This document shows, piece after piece, positions 1-13,548 of a DNA stretch of 64,000 nt. The stretch is from Bugula neritina (Eukaryota; Animalia; Bryozoa). Numbering within the stretch: position 1 is the stretch's first letter; every line of letters begins with the position of its first letter. The stretch covers positions 5,694,722 to 5,758,721 of the forward strand of contig OZ037766.1 of assembly GCA_964035545.1 (NCBI GenBank), written 5' to 3'. The translations under genes were made by a program, and so were the position numbers. The notes beneath the pieces were generated by a model. The model was given only the letters and a program-made list of their open reading frames with translations. It made no database searches and was not told where the DNA came from.

Positions 1-122
1 GGGTGTAACATGCTTTAGTGAGAATATATATATAACTAATGCTGCTTCTACTACATTTTTCACTTTAAAACATACTTGTGAAGGCCTCCCCACATGTCAC
101 TGCCTGTTATAATCTATGACAG

Positions 123-279
123 GATTTGCCAGTGTCACGGTTCCCATATACATAGCTGAGACTTCTCCCTCCGCCATACGAGGCCGGCTAGTGTCACTCA
201 ATCAGGCCTTTATTTCTGGAGGAATGTTTGTGTCACTTGTAGCCTGTGGCACCTTGTGTCCAGTGGCCTTCGGTTGGCG
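123..279 (+). CDS. SLC2A13: Alternative exon A (TM4-TM5) of SLC2A13 paralog 1
   Basis: cag|...|gtgagt, 157 nt, phase 1 to 2, open: [53 protein letters not shown]. Confidence 0.88.
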
Positions 280-3200
280 GTGAGTGAGTCTCAAGAATGC
301 GGGCAAAAGTTGGATGAAAATTCAAACTTGTTTTCTGCTTACATAAGAAATGTACAAATTTTTGCAAGCGATCAAAACTCAACTTGACTACTTATTAGAA
401 TTACAAATTTGAGTTTTCACCAGTTTTACGGTTGTTAGCCGACTTCACTAACAGTTTATTTAACCTATTTAGTTGTGGTTCCCGGAATCTTCTCCCCTCT
501 TTAATCCAATGACTACAAGTTTCATTGAGTAAAAAAGCTGTCTATATCTCTGTAGTTTTGTTCCTGTAGGGTTTGCATCCTGCGTAATTCCGATATACAT
601 TAGTGAATGCAGCTCTGCACATGTCAGGGGTAAACTGGTGACCTTCTTTAACATGAGTATAACTATTGGCCAGTTCATATCTAGTGTCACAGATGGATTG
701 TTCTGTTATATTGCAGATGGATGGAGGTAATATTTATTGCTAAAAGAATACCTCACAACTTTTTGCTGATGCGTCATTTGAGTGAAACTATTATAATAAC
801 ATGCACGCTATAAGATTGCAATGGTTATTCTGTTTCTAAATTTATTCTCCTGGGATGAAGTGAACTGACACTGAATTCTAATATGTTGAAACTCTCCATA
901 AAATGAATTTATTAAAAGCAATGTTATTGGCTTCTCTTGTACTCTCTAATCTCATTCGCAGATACATGTTGGGGCTAGCTGCTGTTCCTGCTATCATACA
1001 GCTGATTGGTTTCTTGTTTATGCCTGAAAGTCCCAGATATCTGGTGAAGAAAGGCAAAGACCAGCTGGCTATTAATGTAAGTTTTGCTGTCCCTGTTTAT
1101 CGTAACTTTAAGGCTACTTGTTAGCAGTGTAGTTTAGTTCTTCATAAAGCAATCTACAGTGTATTATATATTCCTTATTGCTGGCTGCCGAAATTTATAG
1201 AACACAAATATTTGTTTTTGATTTTTTTTTAAAATTAGAACTTCTAAGAATATTAATCAAGTGCCAAATAAATACATCATTTCATTGTAAATTAATACGA
1301 AACATTTTGATAGCATTTTATTCTAATTTCAGCTCTCATAAAGAGTATGTTTTACCAAATTTGCTGATTCACAGATTTTGCGTCGACTAAGAGGTGTGAC
1401 AGATGTTAATGAGGAGTATCAGGCTATAAAGACAGCCTGTGAGGATGAGGTCAAGGCCAACCAGCTCACTTCTGATAGGTCAATAGTTGTCAGAGTGTTT
1501 ACTGATGCTGCAGTGAGACGTGCTCTTATTATTGGAGCTGCACTACAACTCTTCCAGCAGATCACTGGCATCAACACTATTATGTACGCATGCTTGTAGT
1601 GTATCGGTTTTAATACTCAGTTATCTTATATCAGCTCATTTTAAACATCCAGGTTCTAAAAGTTTTGGTTTTCCTTTGTTGTTAAGCTATTCCATTATTA
1701 GCTCAATGAAATCTAAACTGTGTCTTGCAGATTTCCAGAGAAAGTTTATATTAAATAAATAAGAAATAATACTTCATCTTCAAATGTTAATTTCTGAATT
1801 CTGTAAATTGTAGGTATTACAGTGCTACTATAATACGAATGTCCGGAGTAACTAATAACTGTACAGCCATCTGGTATGCATCTATCACTGCCTTCTTCAA
1901 CTTTATCTTCACGTTTGTTGGTATTGCCCTGGTGGACAGAGTTGGCAGGAGGAAACTCTTTCTAGCTAGTTTGGCCGGTTTGTTATTGTTACTTCCTGTG
2001 AAGTTTAGTTATTGTCTAGCAAAGTTCTTTTTAGTTTCATATAAATACTCTAGAAAACATGTAATTTTTACTTTATGACAATATTATACAGGTTTTCTGC
2101 CCTTTCCACTTGTGATATTTTAGAATGCCTGCGAAACTTTCTGTACAATCAGACATGCCATATCTTGTCAAGTTTTCTCTTACTTTATTTTCCAACATGT
2201 CTTAAAACACAACTGTTCTTTTATGTCCACAAGGACAGCATCAGTGAATATGCCTTGTTCTAAAAACTTTCATCAACAGGTTAAATAAATATCTTTGAAA
2301 CTTATTAAAAGAAAACCTTCAACTGCGCAATCAATTTGTGTGTTTATCTATGTAGGTGTGATCTTTAGTCTCCTTTTCATGGGCATATCTTTTCAACTTG
2401 AAGAGAAAACAGCCCCTGATGTAACACAAGCGTATACTGTTGTACCTGATGAATGCGCTACCAAGTTCTCGTAAGTAACCACTTACCATTAACAAACAGT
2501 AAGTCACCACTCAGCTTTATTGGTTAAACATACTTGCCCGTAGCTCACTGAGGTATGCATTTCCATGACTAGCTGTTTAGGTTATATAGAACTTATCGCA
2601 GCATTAAATGTTTTCACTGTTGTTGCAGTATTAATTGCTCTGAAAATGCATTTGGCTGATGTTATTTATCTTTAAACTTGAGACCAGCTCAATTAGTGCA
2701 GATCATGGCCCTGTCAAACTGGTGTATAGTTTAGCTTCATTTTTTCCGCACCCCAATATATATGAGGCATTCTATTGAAGATGGGTTAGCTAGAAAGTCA
2801 AATAGAAGAATATATATTCTTCAGTACACAAATAAATTTTAATCTGAGTGAAACTCTAGCATCATGCAGAGTTGAAAAAGTTGGTACTTCAACACTAGTT
2901 ATGTTACAGAACATGTGGAGAGTGTACTAAAGATCCAGACTGTGGGTTTTGTTTCACCAAATCGGATGATGGTGAATATGTGAACTCAACTTGTCTGTCT
3001 GCCAGTAAAGACTTGACTTCCTCTCTCTATGGAGCATGCTCAGTGAACAGTAGTAGTCAGTCTATCTCTACTACATATACTCTAGCATATGACTACTGCC
3101 CATCTCCTTATGCATGGATGGCAGTGATGGGAATGGTCACATATCTTATGTCTTTTGCGCCAGGTATGGATTTATAACACTAGGTTATAATTGTATTTAT

Positions 3201-4029
3201 TATATGAAATTATTGTGTAGAATTTTGCAACATGCCACAATCTATGCATCAAGTTTTATTTTTCCTTTTATATTTTTATTTTGGAAAAATGTGGTTATGT
3301 GATTAAATATTCAGAATAATATGTTTATTGTTACTGTTTACTAATACATATTCCAATGTGATTAGAATATTTGTATAGCTCACGTTTATATACAGGCATG
3401 GGTCCGATGCCATGGACTATAAACTCAGAGATCTACCCTCTTTGGGCCAGAAGTTTCTGCAACTCTATAACTACTTTTGTTAACTGGACTTTCAATTTGC
3501 TCATCTCTATAACATTCCTCTCATTATCAGAAGCTATAACTAGACAAGGTATTGTTTTTTTAGTGTTTATAGTTTGTTCGATGCCTAAAATTGTAAGCAG
3601 TATGTTAGTTTTGACCCCCCCCCCCTTCATAGATATTTTTTGGTGGTCTGAGATTTTTCTATCAATGCACAACTGGTTCTCCATGTCATAAATGCTTGTA
3701 CTAATTTCTTGATGATGCAAATCTATGACAGAATTGCTTCACAAAATAATTTTGCAATTTGAAAATTTTAAATTTCAATAATGATTGCTTTTGACATTTG
3801 GTCTTTACTCATATTGTGTTTTATTTTTACAATTCAACGCTTAAGTTACTCTTTATTGTTTGAACTTGTAGGTGCATTTTATCTCTACACATCCTTTGGG
3901 GTCATTGGATTTATCTTCTTCTTCCTTGTTCTGCCTGAAACTCGAGGCAGAACTCTGGAAGAAATGGAGGTTTTATTTTCTGGAAGCTGGTTTGTCAGAT
4001 CTAAATCCCGTAAACAACTTATGGACTGA
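123..4029 (+). CDS. SLC2A13: Proton myo-inositol cotransporter (HMIT/GLUT13)-like MFS sugar porter, paralog 1; 5' exons lie outside the window
   Basis: GT-AG exons: [123-279 OR 570-726], 962-1076, 1375-1583, 1814-1977, 2356-2470, 2910-3163, 3396-3548, 3872-4029 (TGA); phases join. Motifs [27 protein letters not shown] Cys-rich loop ([14 protein letters not shown]...YDYCPS), [29 protein letters not shown]. Confidence 0.93.
570..726 (+). CDS. SLC2A13: Alternative exon B (TM4-TM5) of SLC2A13 paralog 1
   Basis: tag|...|gtaata, 157 nt, phase 1 to 2, open: [53 protein letters not shown]. Confidence 0.9.
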
Positions 4030-5134
4030 GACTCGGTCTTGCTTGTGCAATGCACTAATCAAAGCCTTGGTTTTAGGATTTTTCAAGGGGCAAAGATGGT
4101 GTGCCATAATTATCTTTATATTTATTAGCTTTAACAGCAAAAATCTCCTGTTTTCTATGCACTCATATATTATTTTGATTGCAAAATTCAAAAAAAGTTT
4201 ATCAAGTCGAGCTTATAGTCAAATTTTTAGAGCCTAAATGTTCTATTTGAATCTACCTGTTGGATTTTAGCTTGTCTATTGTCCCTACTCGTTATATATA
4301 TTAGATTATAAGGTTATTTATATATGCCTTTGCTCATTTTTTATATTTTTATTAAAATAGCCATATTTTTCATAAAAATAATGCTGATGGTAGGCAATGC
4401 ATTCTGAATCAAATTAAATGGCGGCGATGTATAGAAGTTTTGGTAGTAAAGGTAAATATTAACATATGCCCTGTTGTTATCCTAAGAGTTGAGGGTTGAT
4501 GTTTATATTCAAGAGTGAATAGAGAAAAATAAATCAATTGAACATGGAATTTCACATTGAATGTTAATTTATTTAAAATCAAATAATTTAACAATGTAAG
4601 TTACTACACAAATATTGCAGCTTAGCAGCTTTAAATAATAAGTAATAAAATATATGCATTACTAACTTAATTAATTAACTATTCTATGGTCTTTATCAAT
4701 TTAATAAGCTACTATTGTGATTGATGCATAGTGTAGATCTAATGTCATGTTCAATAAATAATACTAGTATAATATTTATGAGAATGGAATAGTAGAGTAA
4801 TTCTGCTGGTACACCATTATTACTAGTTAACTCCAGGTACCTGGCAGCTCATTAAATATTATTCTATTGGGACGCATTGCATGCTAATGTCAACCTCCCA
4901 CAAAGTTGCAGAATATCACTACATTTCCATGATTCTTGTGTGAATGGATTTTCTATTCACCTATTAGAAACAGCTACATCGAAGGAAACAGCAACCATAA
5001 ATAAGTTAATGCAAACCGCAACCACAAATTAATCCGTAAGGGCATCCATTCGCAGTCATGGAAACGCAGTGTATGCTTTGGCACTATTAGCACAAGTCCG
5101 AAATTCAATATAGACAGCTGACCCACAATTACGG

Positions 5135-8100
5135 CTATTCGTTGCTAGTAGTTTCATCATCTGAGTCTCCATCATCTGTAGTCGTACTGATTTGTCTGTT
5201 AGTGCATAGTTTAGTAACGACAACATCTTTACCACTCTCATTCAACTTGTCTCTACACAGTATGTTGGGTCTTGGTTTTCTGCTAAATATGCCATAGGTT
5301 GAGTCTGTTTGCTGTTCTTCAGATGTGGAGGAATTAACCAGAGTCGAGCTGTCTTGATGACCCATGTGTGTGTAGTTAAATTGAGAGGCCTTTTTAGTGA
5401 ATGGATGAAATTTACCACCTGGATCCAGCCAGGGCTTAGCAAATATTCCTTCTATTTCTTCTAGGTTTTTACCTTTTGTTTCTGGCAGAGTCAAGCAAAG
5501 GAATACTAGACCTACTACAGAGAAACCCAGGTACATCCAAAATGTTCCTAAAAATAAAAAACAGATGGTTCTTTTCATGCCAAATACCTATATGTCTAAA
5601 TTTTTTATTTGTCTTTGCTGCTATTATATCTACTTTCGAAGAAAATACATAAATTTACTTGTATTGTTTTCAGAGAGGAAAATGATTAAATATCGTTCAC
5701 TACAAGGCTGGGGTTGCATGTAGAAAAAATGCAACGTACATATGAAGCACTTCGAATGGCATAAAATGTTGAATTGTCAATTATTGCTCAAATTCTGAAA
5801 TAATAACGAAGCCAGTAAAGGACACTATATTTAACCATACTATAATCGAGTGCATTTATAAGGTCTTGCATACCATGTGCTCCTATAGCTTCAGTCAGTG
5901 AAAGGAAAGAGATACTAATGCACAGGTTAAATAGCCAATTGAAAAACGTGGCTGCACCATTTCCAGCACCACGAGCCCACAGTGGGTATATCTCTGCATT
6001 TATTGTCCACGGCATTGGTCCCATACCTACATCCAAAATCTAGCAAGTTTTTATTATGGTAATAATAGAAGTTTTTCATGTTGCAAATTCTGAAAAAAAA
6101 ACTTTTATACAGGAGAATTAGTCAACTAGCATAATACTTAACATCTGTAGGCTAACATTGAAATTTACCAAAATATATGGTGAATGTTTTAGCACTGCCT
6201 AATCTTGACATTACCATACTAACCTGGGGCAAAGAAGACCAGGTACATTACAAGACCAACCATTGGCAGCCAATAAAGTTCAGTTGGGCAGAAATCGTAA
6301 GCCCAAACTAGGTTGTGAGTAGAATTATGTTGCAAGTTGTAATTATTACATCGTCCTTCTGTAGAATGCAACCAATCATCTGGTGATGTCACAAGACAAG
6401 ACCCATTTACTACAGAACTTGAGCTGAGCTCTTCGTAGCAGTAACCACATCCAATGTCCATTCTACATTCGCCACAAGTCCTATAATATTTGGAGTATTA
6501 TAAATTACATTATCATAATACATCACATAGGTCTTTGAAACACAGTGCTATTAACTTGGAAAAAACAAGGTTTTACCATAATTTACTTCACAGTATTGAA
6601 ATACTTGGCTATTATTTATTTTGTCACAGCATATATTAGACATAGATATTCACTGCAGTCCTTAATAATGAGTGCTGCATACATGATACACTGCTTTATC
6701 AATCTAGCAGCACAATTGATAGAAATAGATATATGACTTTGATTATTCAAAGAGAGCAATTTTTGAGGAACTATTTCTATGTTTATCACATCACTGAGAG
6801 CAATAGTAATAGTATAAAACACAATCAATGCAAAGCACTTTCATGTTATGATATTGTTTTATAAAGAGCATAACTTTTTTCATAAATTTTATACAGAAAT
6901 ATACTTGAAATAAAAACAAACATTTACTATTATATTGCATTAGTTCACCTAGCTAATAAGAATGGTAAATTAGCTTATAAGATGCCCTTAAATTACTTAG
7001 TATGGGGGGGAGCTCTCTTGACCTCACCTGTAGGAAGAGCAGTTTGAGTTTGGGAACTCAGTGTAATCTACAGGCGGAGAGTGGATAACTTCCATTTGAA
7101 ACCCAATTCCCAGTACTGCGAGGCTACAGATTGCACCTAAACAATAGCAGGTTGAAAATAGTACGTCAAAACGGCACCTTTTTTCGAAGTACTGCAATAC
7201 ACCTCCAACTGCTCAACTTCTGAGGCAGCTGATAGCTAATTTAAGAAAAAAATCTAGAATTACCTTTTAAAAAATATAAATTTTGTTTTTAAAATTTGAT
7301 ATTCAAAAATTTGTTACAAACAAGAAAATATTATAACTTTAAAAAAAAATAGTACACAAGACATTCTTAAACAGAAAACCTTTCAACTAGTAGGAAATTG
7401 TGTTTACCTACAATACTTGAATATAGATTGTGCACCACTGAAGCTGAATAATTAATAATGTTAAAGGCTACTAAAAGCTTAGGTTGTTGCATGGAGAATT
7501 GATTAACAGGAACGTATGTCATAATATAATAGAGCTTGAGTCGGGGAAAAGTGGACTTTACTGGACTTCATGCTATTTACTTCAACTCATGTTTCAAATT
7601 GATATTATCAAAAGTAGATAGTCTAGTGTATCTTCCACTTTCTTCAAGTCTATTGATTATTTATATATAAACATGCGCTTATGCTTCTGCCCACATATAA
7701 TAACTTTGAGCAGCAAGAGCTAATGGATTCAGCATTATTAAAAACATTCAGAAAATCTTTAAAAAAGACAACTCCCAGTTTCTTGTTATCACTGCAATAT
7801 TCTCTATATCATAGACTCTATGATATTATAGAGTTATGCAGCTTCATGTTCACGATTAAAACTTGTAAATATTCTGCATTTTATGTTTCTTCAGTGTATA
7901 GTAGAAGATCGGTCAACAAAATCAAATCTTACCAACTAAACTTATCAGTGTTAATGGTCGTCTTCCCATTTTCTCTACTAAGTAGAGCCCAGCAAGGGTA
8001 AACAGGAAGTTAACGGAACTAGTTAAAGCTGATAACCATATAGCTGTTTTGGTGCTTCGGATTCCCGCCATTGTAATAATACTTGCACTATAATACCTGA

Positions 8101-11100
8101 AATTGTAATAGCATAGTTATCCAGTGTAATATGTTGGTGATAACAGTGTTGTATGTAACTACAGATCTACTATAGCATAATTACATTGTAAAGTATAGAG
8201 TATATACTGACTAATAATTTCCGAGGCTACAAGATATTTATTTGTTTAATCTGTCTTATTCTGTTATCAGAAGAATTATCCTGGTAATGAAATTAAACAG
8301 TTTTAGCAAGAGTTGAACAACTTAGAAATATATTATATGAAATGTAAAAGGTAATAACATTTTTTAAACAAATAAAAGTAAATCGCTAAGGAATTTATGA
8401 AGTTTGTTGCTGGCTGGCACCAAATTATGTTATAAAATTAGCTTAGAAACTTTTTTTAGAATAAATATTCATGCGATTTAAGGTATGACTGTGTTTAAAT
8501 ATCATAAAACAATCAATAAATTCAATTAATTTAAGTCTACTTTGTACTAAAAGTGCCCTACTCACCCAGTGTGAGAATCAATACCAATACTATTGCTAAA
8601 ATCACACTAAAGCTAATTATTAAATATTACGTTTGTAAGGCAACTGACTTACATGACAGTGTTAATGCCAGCAAGCTGCTGTATAATCTGCAACCCACAG
8701 CCAACCACCAGTGCTCTAAGGACTGAAGGGGTTTGTAACATTTGCAGGAACAGTGGGCGGCCCTCTAAAATGATATATGTAGCAAATACACTATTTCTGT
8801 CACACAGCCTATGTGCGAATGCATAACACTTCCAAAGTTCATACATTTATGCTGATTTAGTCTGAACACATTGACTTTGCCAGTGCTGGGATCATAATGA
8901 GTAAATTCTTACTACACAACTGTCACAAAAATAGTATAACTTTTGTGACAAAAGTGCACACAATGCATGGACATACAGGTTATAGTAACTAACACCAAAA
9001 AATTTTAAGCATAGCCAGTCTGTGAATGGCTAATTCATACGCCATTCTAAGATGGTTTTTCACTTCAAAAATGAAGTTTTTCTTTTTTGCAGTAACAAGT
9101 TTGACTGCAAATTTGTGCGACTTGATTTGTAAATTTGCTACTAAAACAACTCAACAACTCACTAAGACATCCTATAAATACAGTAACACGGCAGAGGCAG
9201 CAGGAGCGACAAATTGACACTAATGTGGAAGATATTCGATGCACAACTCACAAAAATCAATCAAATTGACAATTGCATTCTAATGAGTGAATAATCATAT
9301 GGGTAGGCCTCCTGAACCACTCAGAAATTCAATTCATGGCCCGAGTTTCAATAAAAAACTCTCAAGGCTTGTCCGTTGTTTGCTAAAGAGACATTCTTGT
9401 AGCAGGGGCTTTCTTAAAAGCCCTCAGTAAGAAATATTTGCATTTTAATTTCAGTCAATAAATTGTAATGAATATACAACGAAGTTTTTGTTCAATGGCT
9501 ACTCTTAGGAGAAAATTTAAACTCTAGAAAGAAGGGGCAGATGAGCAAACTTAAGTTGAAATAATTAATGAATAACAGGTAGCAAGGAGACATTCAAATA
9601 ACAGGCTAAACTCTGAAAAGTTGATAAACAATTATATAGTAACGTAATGATGGTAATGTAATTATTTTGTATCCATGTAATGATGCAGAGTAATAGTGTT
9701 GTTTATGATTCATTCATAGTAATGGTATTGTTATGGTTTATTTATAGTAATGTAAGGATATAGATTAATATTGCAGTAATGTAAACAGAGTAAGGCTGTA
9801 GTAACGTAATGATACAGAATAATAATACTGTAGTAATATACTAATATATAAATATGAATGTAACCGCACCTCCTCTGTGTTTCATATCTTCAGCCACAGA
9901 GAGTATACTAGATCTAATAATCTCATATTCATCTTCTATAGACACAGATGAGCCTCTTAGCTTTAGTAGCACAGCTTTGGCTTCTTCATGGCGGTTTCTT
10001 ATTATGAGCCAACGGGGACTTTCAGGCATGAAGAGAAAAGCAGCGAATTGCAGAACTGAGGCTATAGATCCCAGGCCCAACATGTATCTGCAACACATTA
10101 GCAACTCCATTTATGTTTATTTTGCCAAGTTTAAGATAATTAAACGAAAAACCAAATGGAATGTACTTCCAATTATGTACTGCTATCACGCAGATAGTAA
10201 GTATGTTTTTGTGTGTATTTCACAAATTGAATCCAAGTGTTTTATTGGGCACTATTTCTATATCATTATGTAGAAAGCCATTGAAATGTGCAGAAGGCCA
10301 CCAAGAATTGCCTTTTACCATTGAAACATACCTAAATCTAGGAACAGCCTAGTGGGAAATAGAATGCTGAAGGCTACAAGCAATGTTGTCGGCAAAGAAC
10401 TTTCAAAGTAGAGTTTTAGCCAAATCTTCTTAATATACTTATTGTGTAATTCTGTTTTATGTCTTACTTTTAAAATCAATATTGTAATTGCATCAAACTA
10501 TTAGCAGTGGCTACAGTTAATTCAGAGTGGGCAGAGTTTTGTACAGTATATACCAGCGTTGCATTACTCACTGAACTCAATTATAAGTAGCTGGGCAGGC
10601 TGCAATTCAGACTCTAATCCAACAAGAACTATTAGCTTGGACATCACATGAATTTAATGTTATGTGAACTTTCATAACCATCTAGTTGATAGTCACCCTT
10701 TATATATTAAAAGCTTCTTGTGAAAAAAGGATAGCTTATACTTCATATAAATGACTTAAATAGTTACGAAGATGGCTTAAAATAAAAACTTATAACTCTC
10801 AATTTAAATGGTAGATAATAGTAAAAGAGTATAAAAAGAATAACCAGAAGATTTTTCTATGTCCAAATGAATTAATCGATTTAAATAAATAAGATGCTCA
10901 TCCTTGAACTTACTTGGGCTTACAGCAGACGCATTATATAGCTACAAGCAAAGTTTTACGAACTAAAATCCATAAAACCAAATGCCAAATTTAAATGATA
11001 TTATAAGTGTTTGCTCCATTTATTATTTATGCACATGTATATATACATAAATATCAAATTATATAAAAAGAAAAGCTTGAATGCGATATCAAAATTATGT

Positions 11101-13548
11101 ACAAAGCACTTCAAGTATAATAGAAAACTATTGCGTGGACAGATGTATGTTTTGCAACTCGGTATTTGCAGGTAGTTTATGCCATGAGTTGATATAGCAC
11201 TAGATTAAAATCTATAAAATGATGTCTATATAAATGTATGCATAATTTATAAGTGTCTTTCAGGTATAAGACTACCTCATAAACTATCACTTATGACGAT
11301 ATGAAGTAATATTCAATGCCTGGTGAAGTATTGTGAAGTGCTACAAGAAGCAATGTGCATCATGGTCTTACCTCCAGCCGTAGCTGTTGAAGCTAAAAGC
11401 ACCTGCCACGCAGTTGGCAATGAACTGGCCTGCTGCCAACATGACTATATTCACTGAAACAAGTCTGCCTCGTATGGGTGCGGGTGCTGACTCGGCTATG
11501 TACATGGGTGTAGTTGTAGAAGACAAACCTGACAACCAAATAAGGTACTTGTCAACATAATATTATATGTAGCAGTTGTCCTCCCTGCAGGGTTCATTCA
11601 CCGAATAGAAAATATTATTCTGCTACTTCTAATTCTGTTGTAGACATTTAATTATATATGTTAAAGAACTTAAACAGAATCACACAAAGGAGCAATTAGC
11701 AGTGTTTCAACTTTAACAGTATTAATTTTAAGCATTATGTTATTAACTTCAATGCAGCCTTGAAGCTTTTACTTGAAAGCTTACAATTAATGGAGACAGA
11801 TATTGGAATATTATACGGTTGCTTTCATCTGCTACTACTAATTGTGAGCCATTAAAATACTGCCAACAAGGCAAATATAGAGCAACAAATTGCACTAGTC
11901 CATTCAGAATGTGAAGATGTTATATACTTATATGGTGGTAGATAAACTGGTAACAGCATATAGCTGCAGTGTAAGTTTACGTGTTTGGAAACTAACTGTT
12001 CATCAGAGCGCTGCACTAGCAACTATTGCTTACTGACTTAAAAAAATTTCAACAAAGCCTAGCATGAAAAGAAAAATTAAAAATACATTAATTGGAACCA
12101 AGTTTGAAATAGTTAGTTGTTATACTTTCTTGCACACATAAAAGTTCTCCAAATATTATTTTGATCAGTACTATGTATCCTGTACATTAACCTATCTCAA
12201 TATAATTTATATAAACATAAAAAGTTACTAATTTTATACTAAACTTGATGGTTCAAGAAAAAACCGGTAAATTTTGTCAACTAGATAATTATATTTCATA
12301 TTGGTTCTGGTCGTAGAATTCCTATCACATTTTAGAGATGTTACTTTCAAAGTCTGCTAACTGCACTACGTGACCTTTCCAACATAGGGAAAGGAAAAGG
12401 CAAAGGGAAACTTCCCTTTGCTCAAAGCAGCCAAAATTGTGTCAAATGCACTATTTTTGCAAACATTACATGTAAACAGATGTTAACAGAAGAAAACTTT
12501 ACCTATTCCAGTTCCAACTATAATTCGTCCAATCACAAGCATGTATTTATCATCAGCAAATGCCATGCACAGTGACCCTGACGTAAAGAAAACACTAGCC
12601 AATAAAATGACGGGCTTTCTTCCAACTTTATCATTCAAGTAACCACCAACTAGAGCAAAAACAGCTGCAGACCCAATGGTAGAGGCTACGACAAACTCTT
12701 GCCAAGCAGTGTTTAATTTAAAGTCCTAAAATAAAGAAATACATTAGCAAAGTACATTAGAATAAAGTACATACATTTAAGAGATCAAGTATTAGTAATA
12801 CTGGTGTTTTGTATTCTGAGTGATATATACTAGCTAGGCACCAGTACATACTTATACTGGAGTACACTATCAGGACCTTGGAAATACATTCTACTATATG
12901 GATTATACTATTTTTTCTATTGGTGTTCTACAAGCGGGTTGTGACAACTGGAGGCAGCAAAGAAAAAAGCTTAAACTAAATCAGATGCTTTTCATTTAGA
13001 GCTTCAATTTATTGTCTCATAAATTTTCATATCAGAACTTAATGACTGATTTGAATCATATTATCAAGCTTAATTTCAAAACTAAAAAAGTAATTTGTCC
13101 AATATGCTGTCTATCTTTACTGTAGGTAAAACCATCATTTCTTTGCCGTATCTCACTCTAACAATGGTCACCATGTTAAAAAAATTTAGTACATCCATGA
13201 AAACTGGCAATTTAGCTTCACATACTAAATCCAATAATATTTAACCACCATAACGTATTATAATTGAAACCTTTCAAGAAAAATTCACAACATAATAAAT
13301 TTATTCTCAACAATTTAGATTCCAGTAAATTATAAGTTCTATAAAATATTAATATAGAAGTAATAGTAATGTAGCCTTACCTCCCGAATGAGTAAAATAG
13401 CACCTGATATAATTCCTGTGTCATACCCAAACAAGAAACCACCTATTGCCGCAAGGGCAGTAAATGCATAGAGAAAATATGGCGTCTTTTCTTTGCCATA
13501 CTGTGCACCTTCATTTAGCTGCAAAGAGCTCCAGTCTTGACTTATCAT
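5135..13548 (-). CDS. SLC2A13: Proton myo-inositol cotransporter (HMIT)-like, paralog 2, complete
   Basis: Exons (minus): 13548-13381, 12725-12503, 11528-11372, 10087-9870, 8764-8653, 8096-7933, 7136-7028, 6480-6224, 6026-5874, 5547-5135 (TAG). Motifs [28 protein letters not shown], Cys-rich loop, [29 protein letters not shown]; long S/T/D-rich C-tail. Start codon less certain. Confidence 0.93.

Noticed and set aside
10088-12502. Extra copies of the TM4-TM5 exon in paralog 2
   Set aside because: By eye only one copy (11528-11372) was found in the flanking introns.
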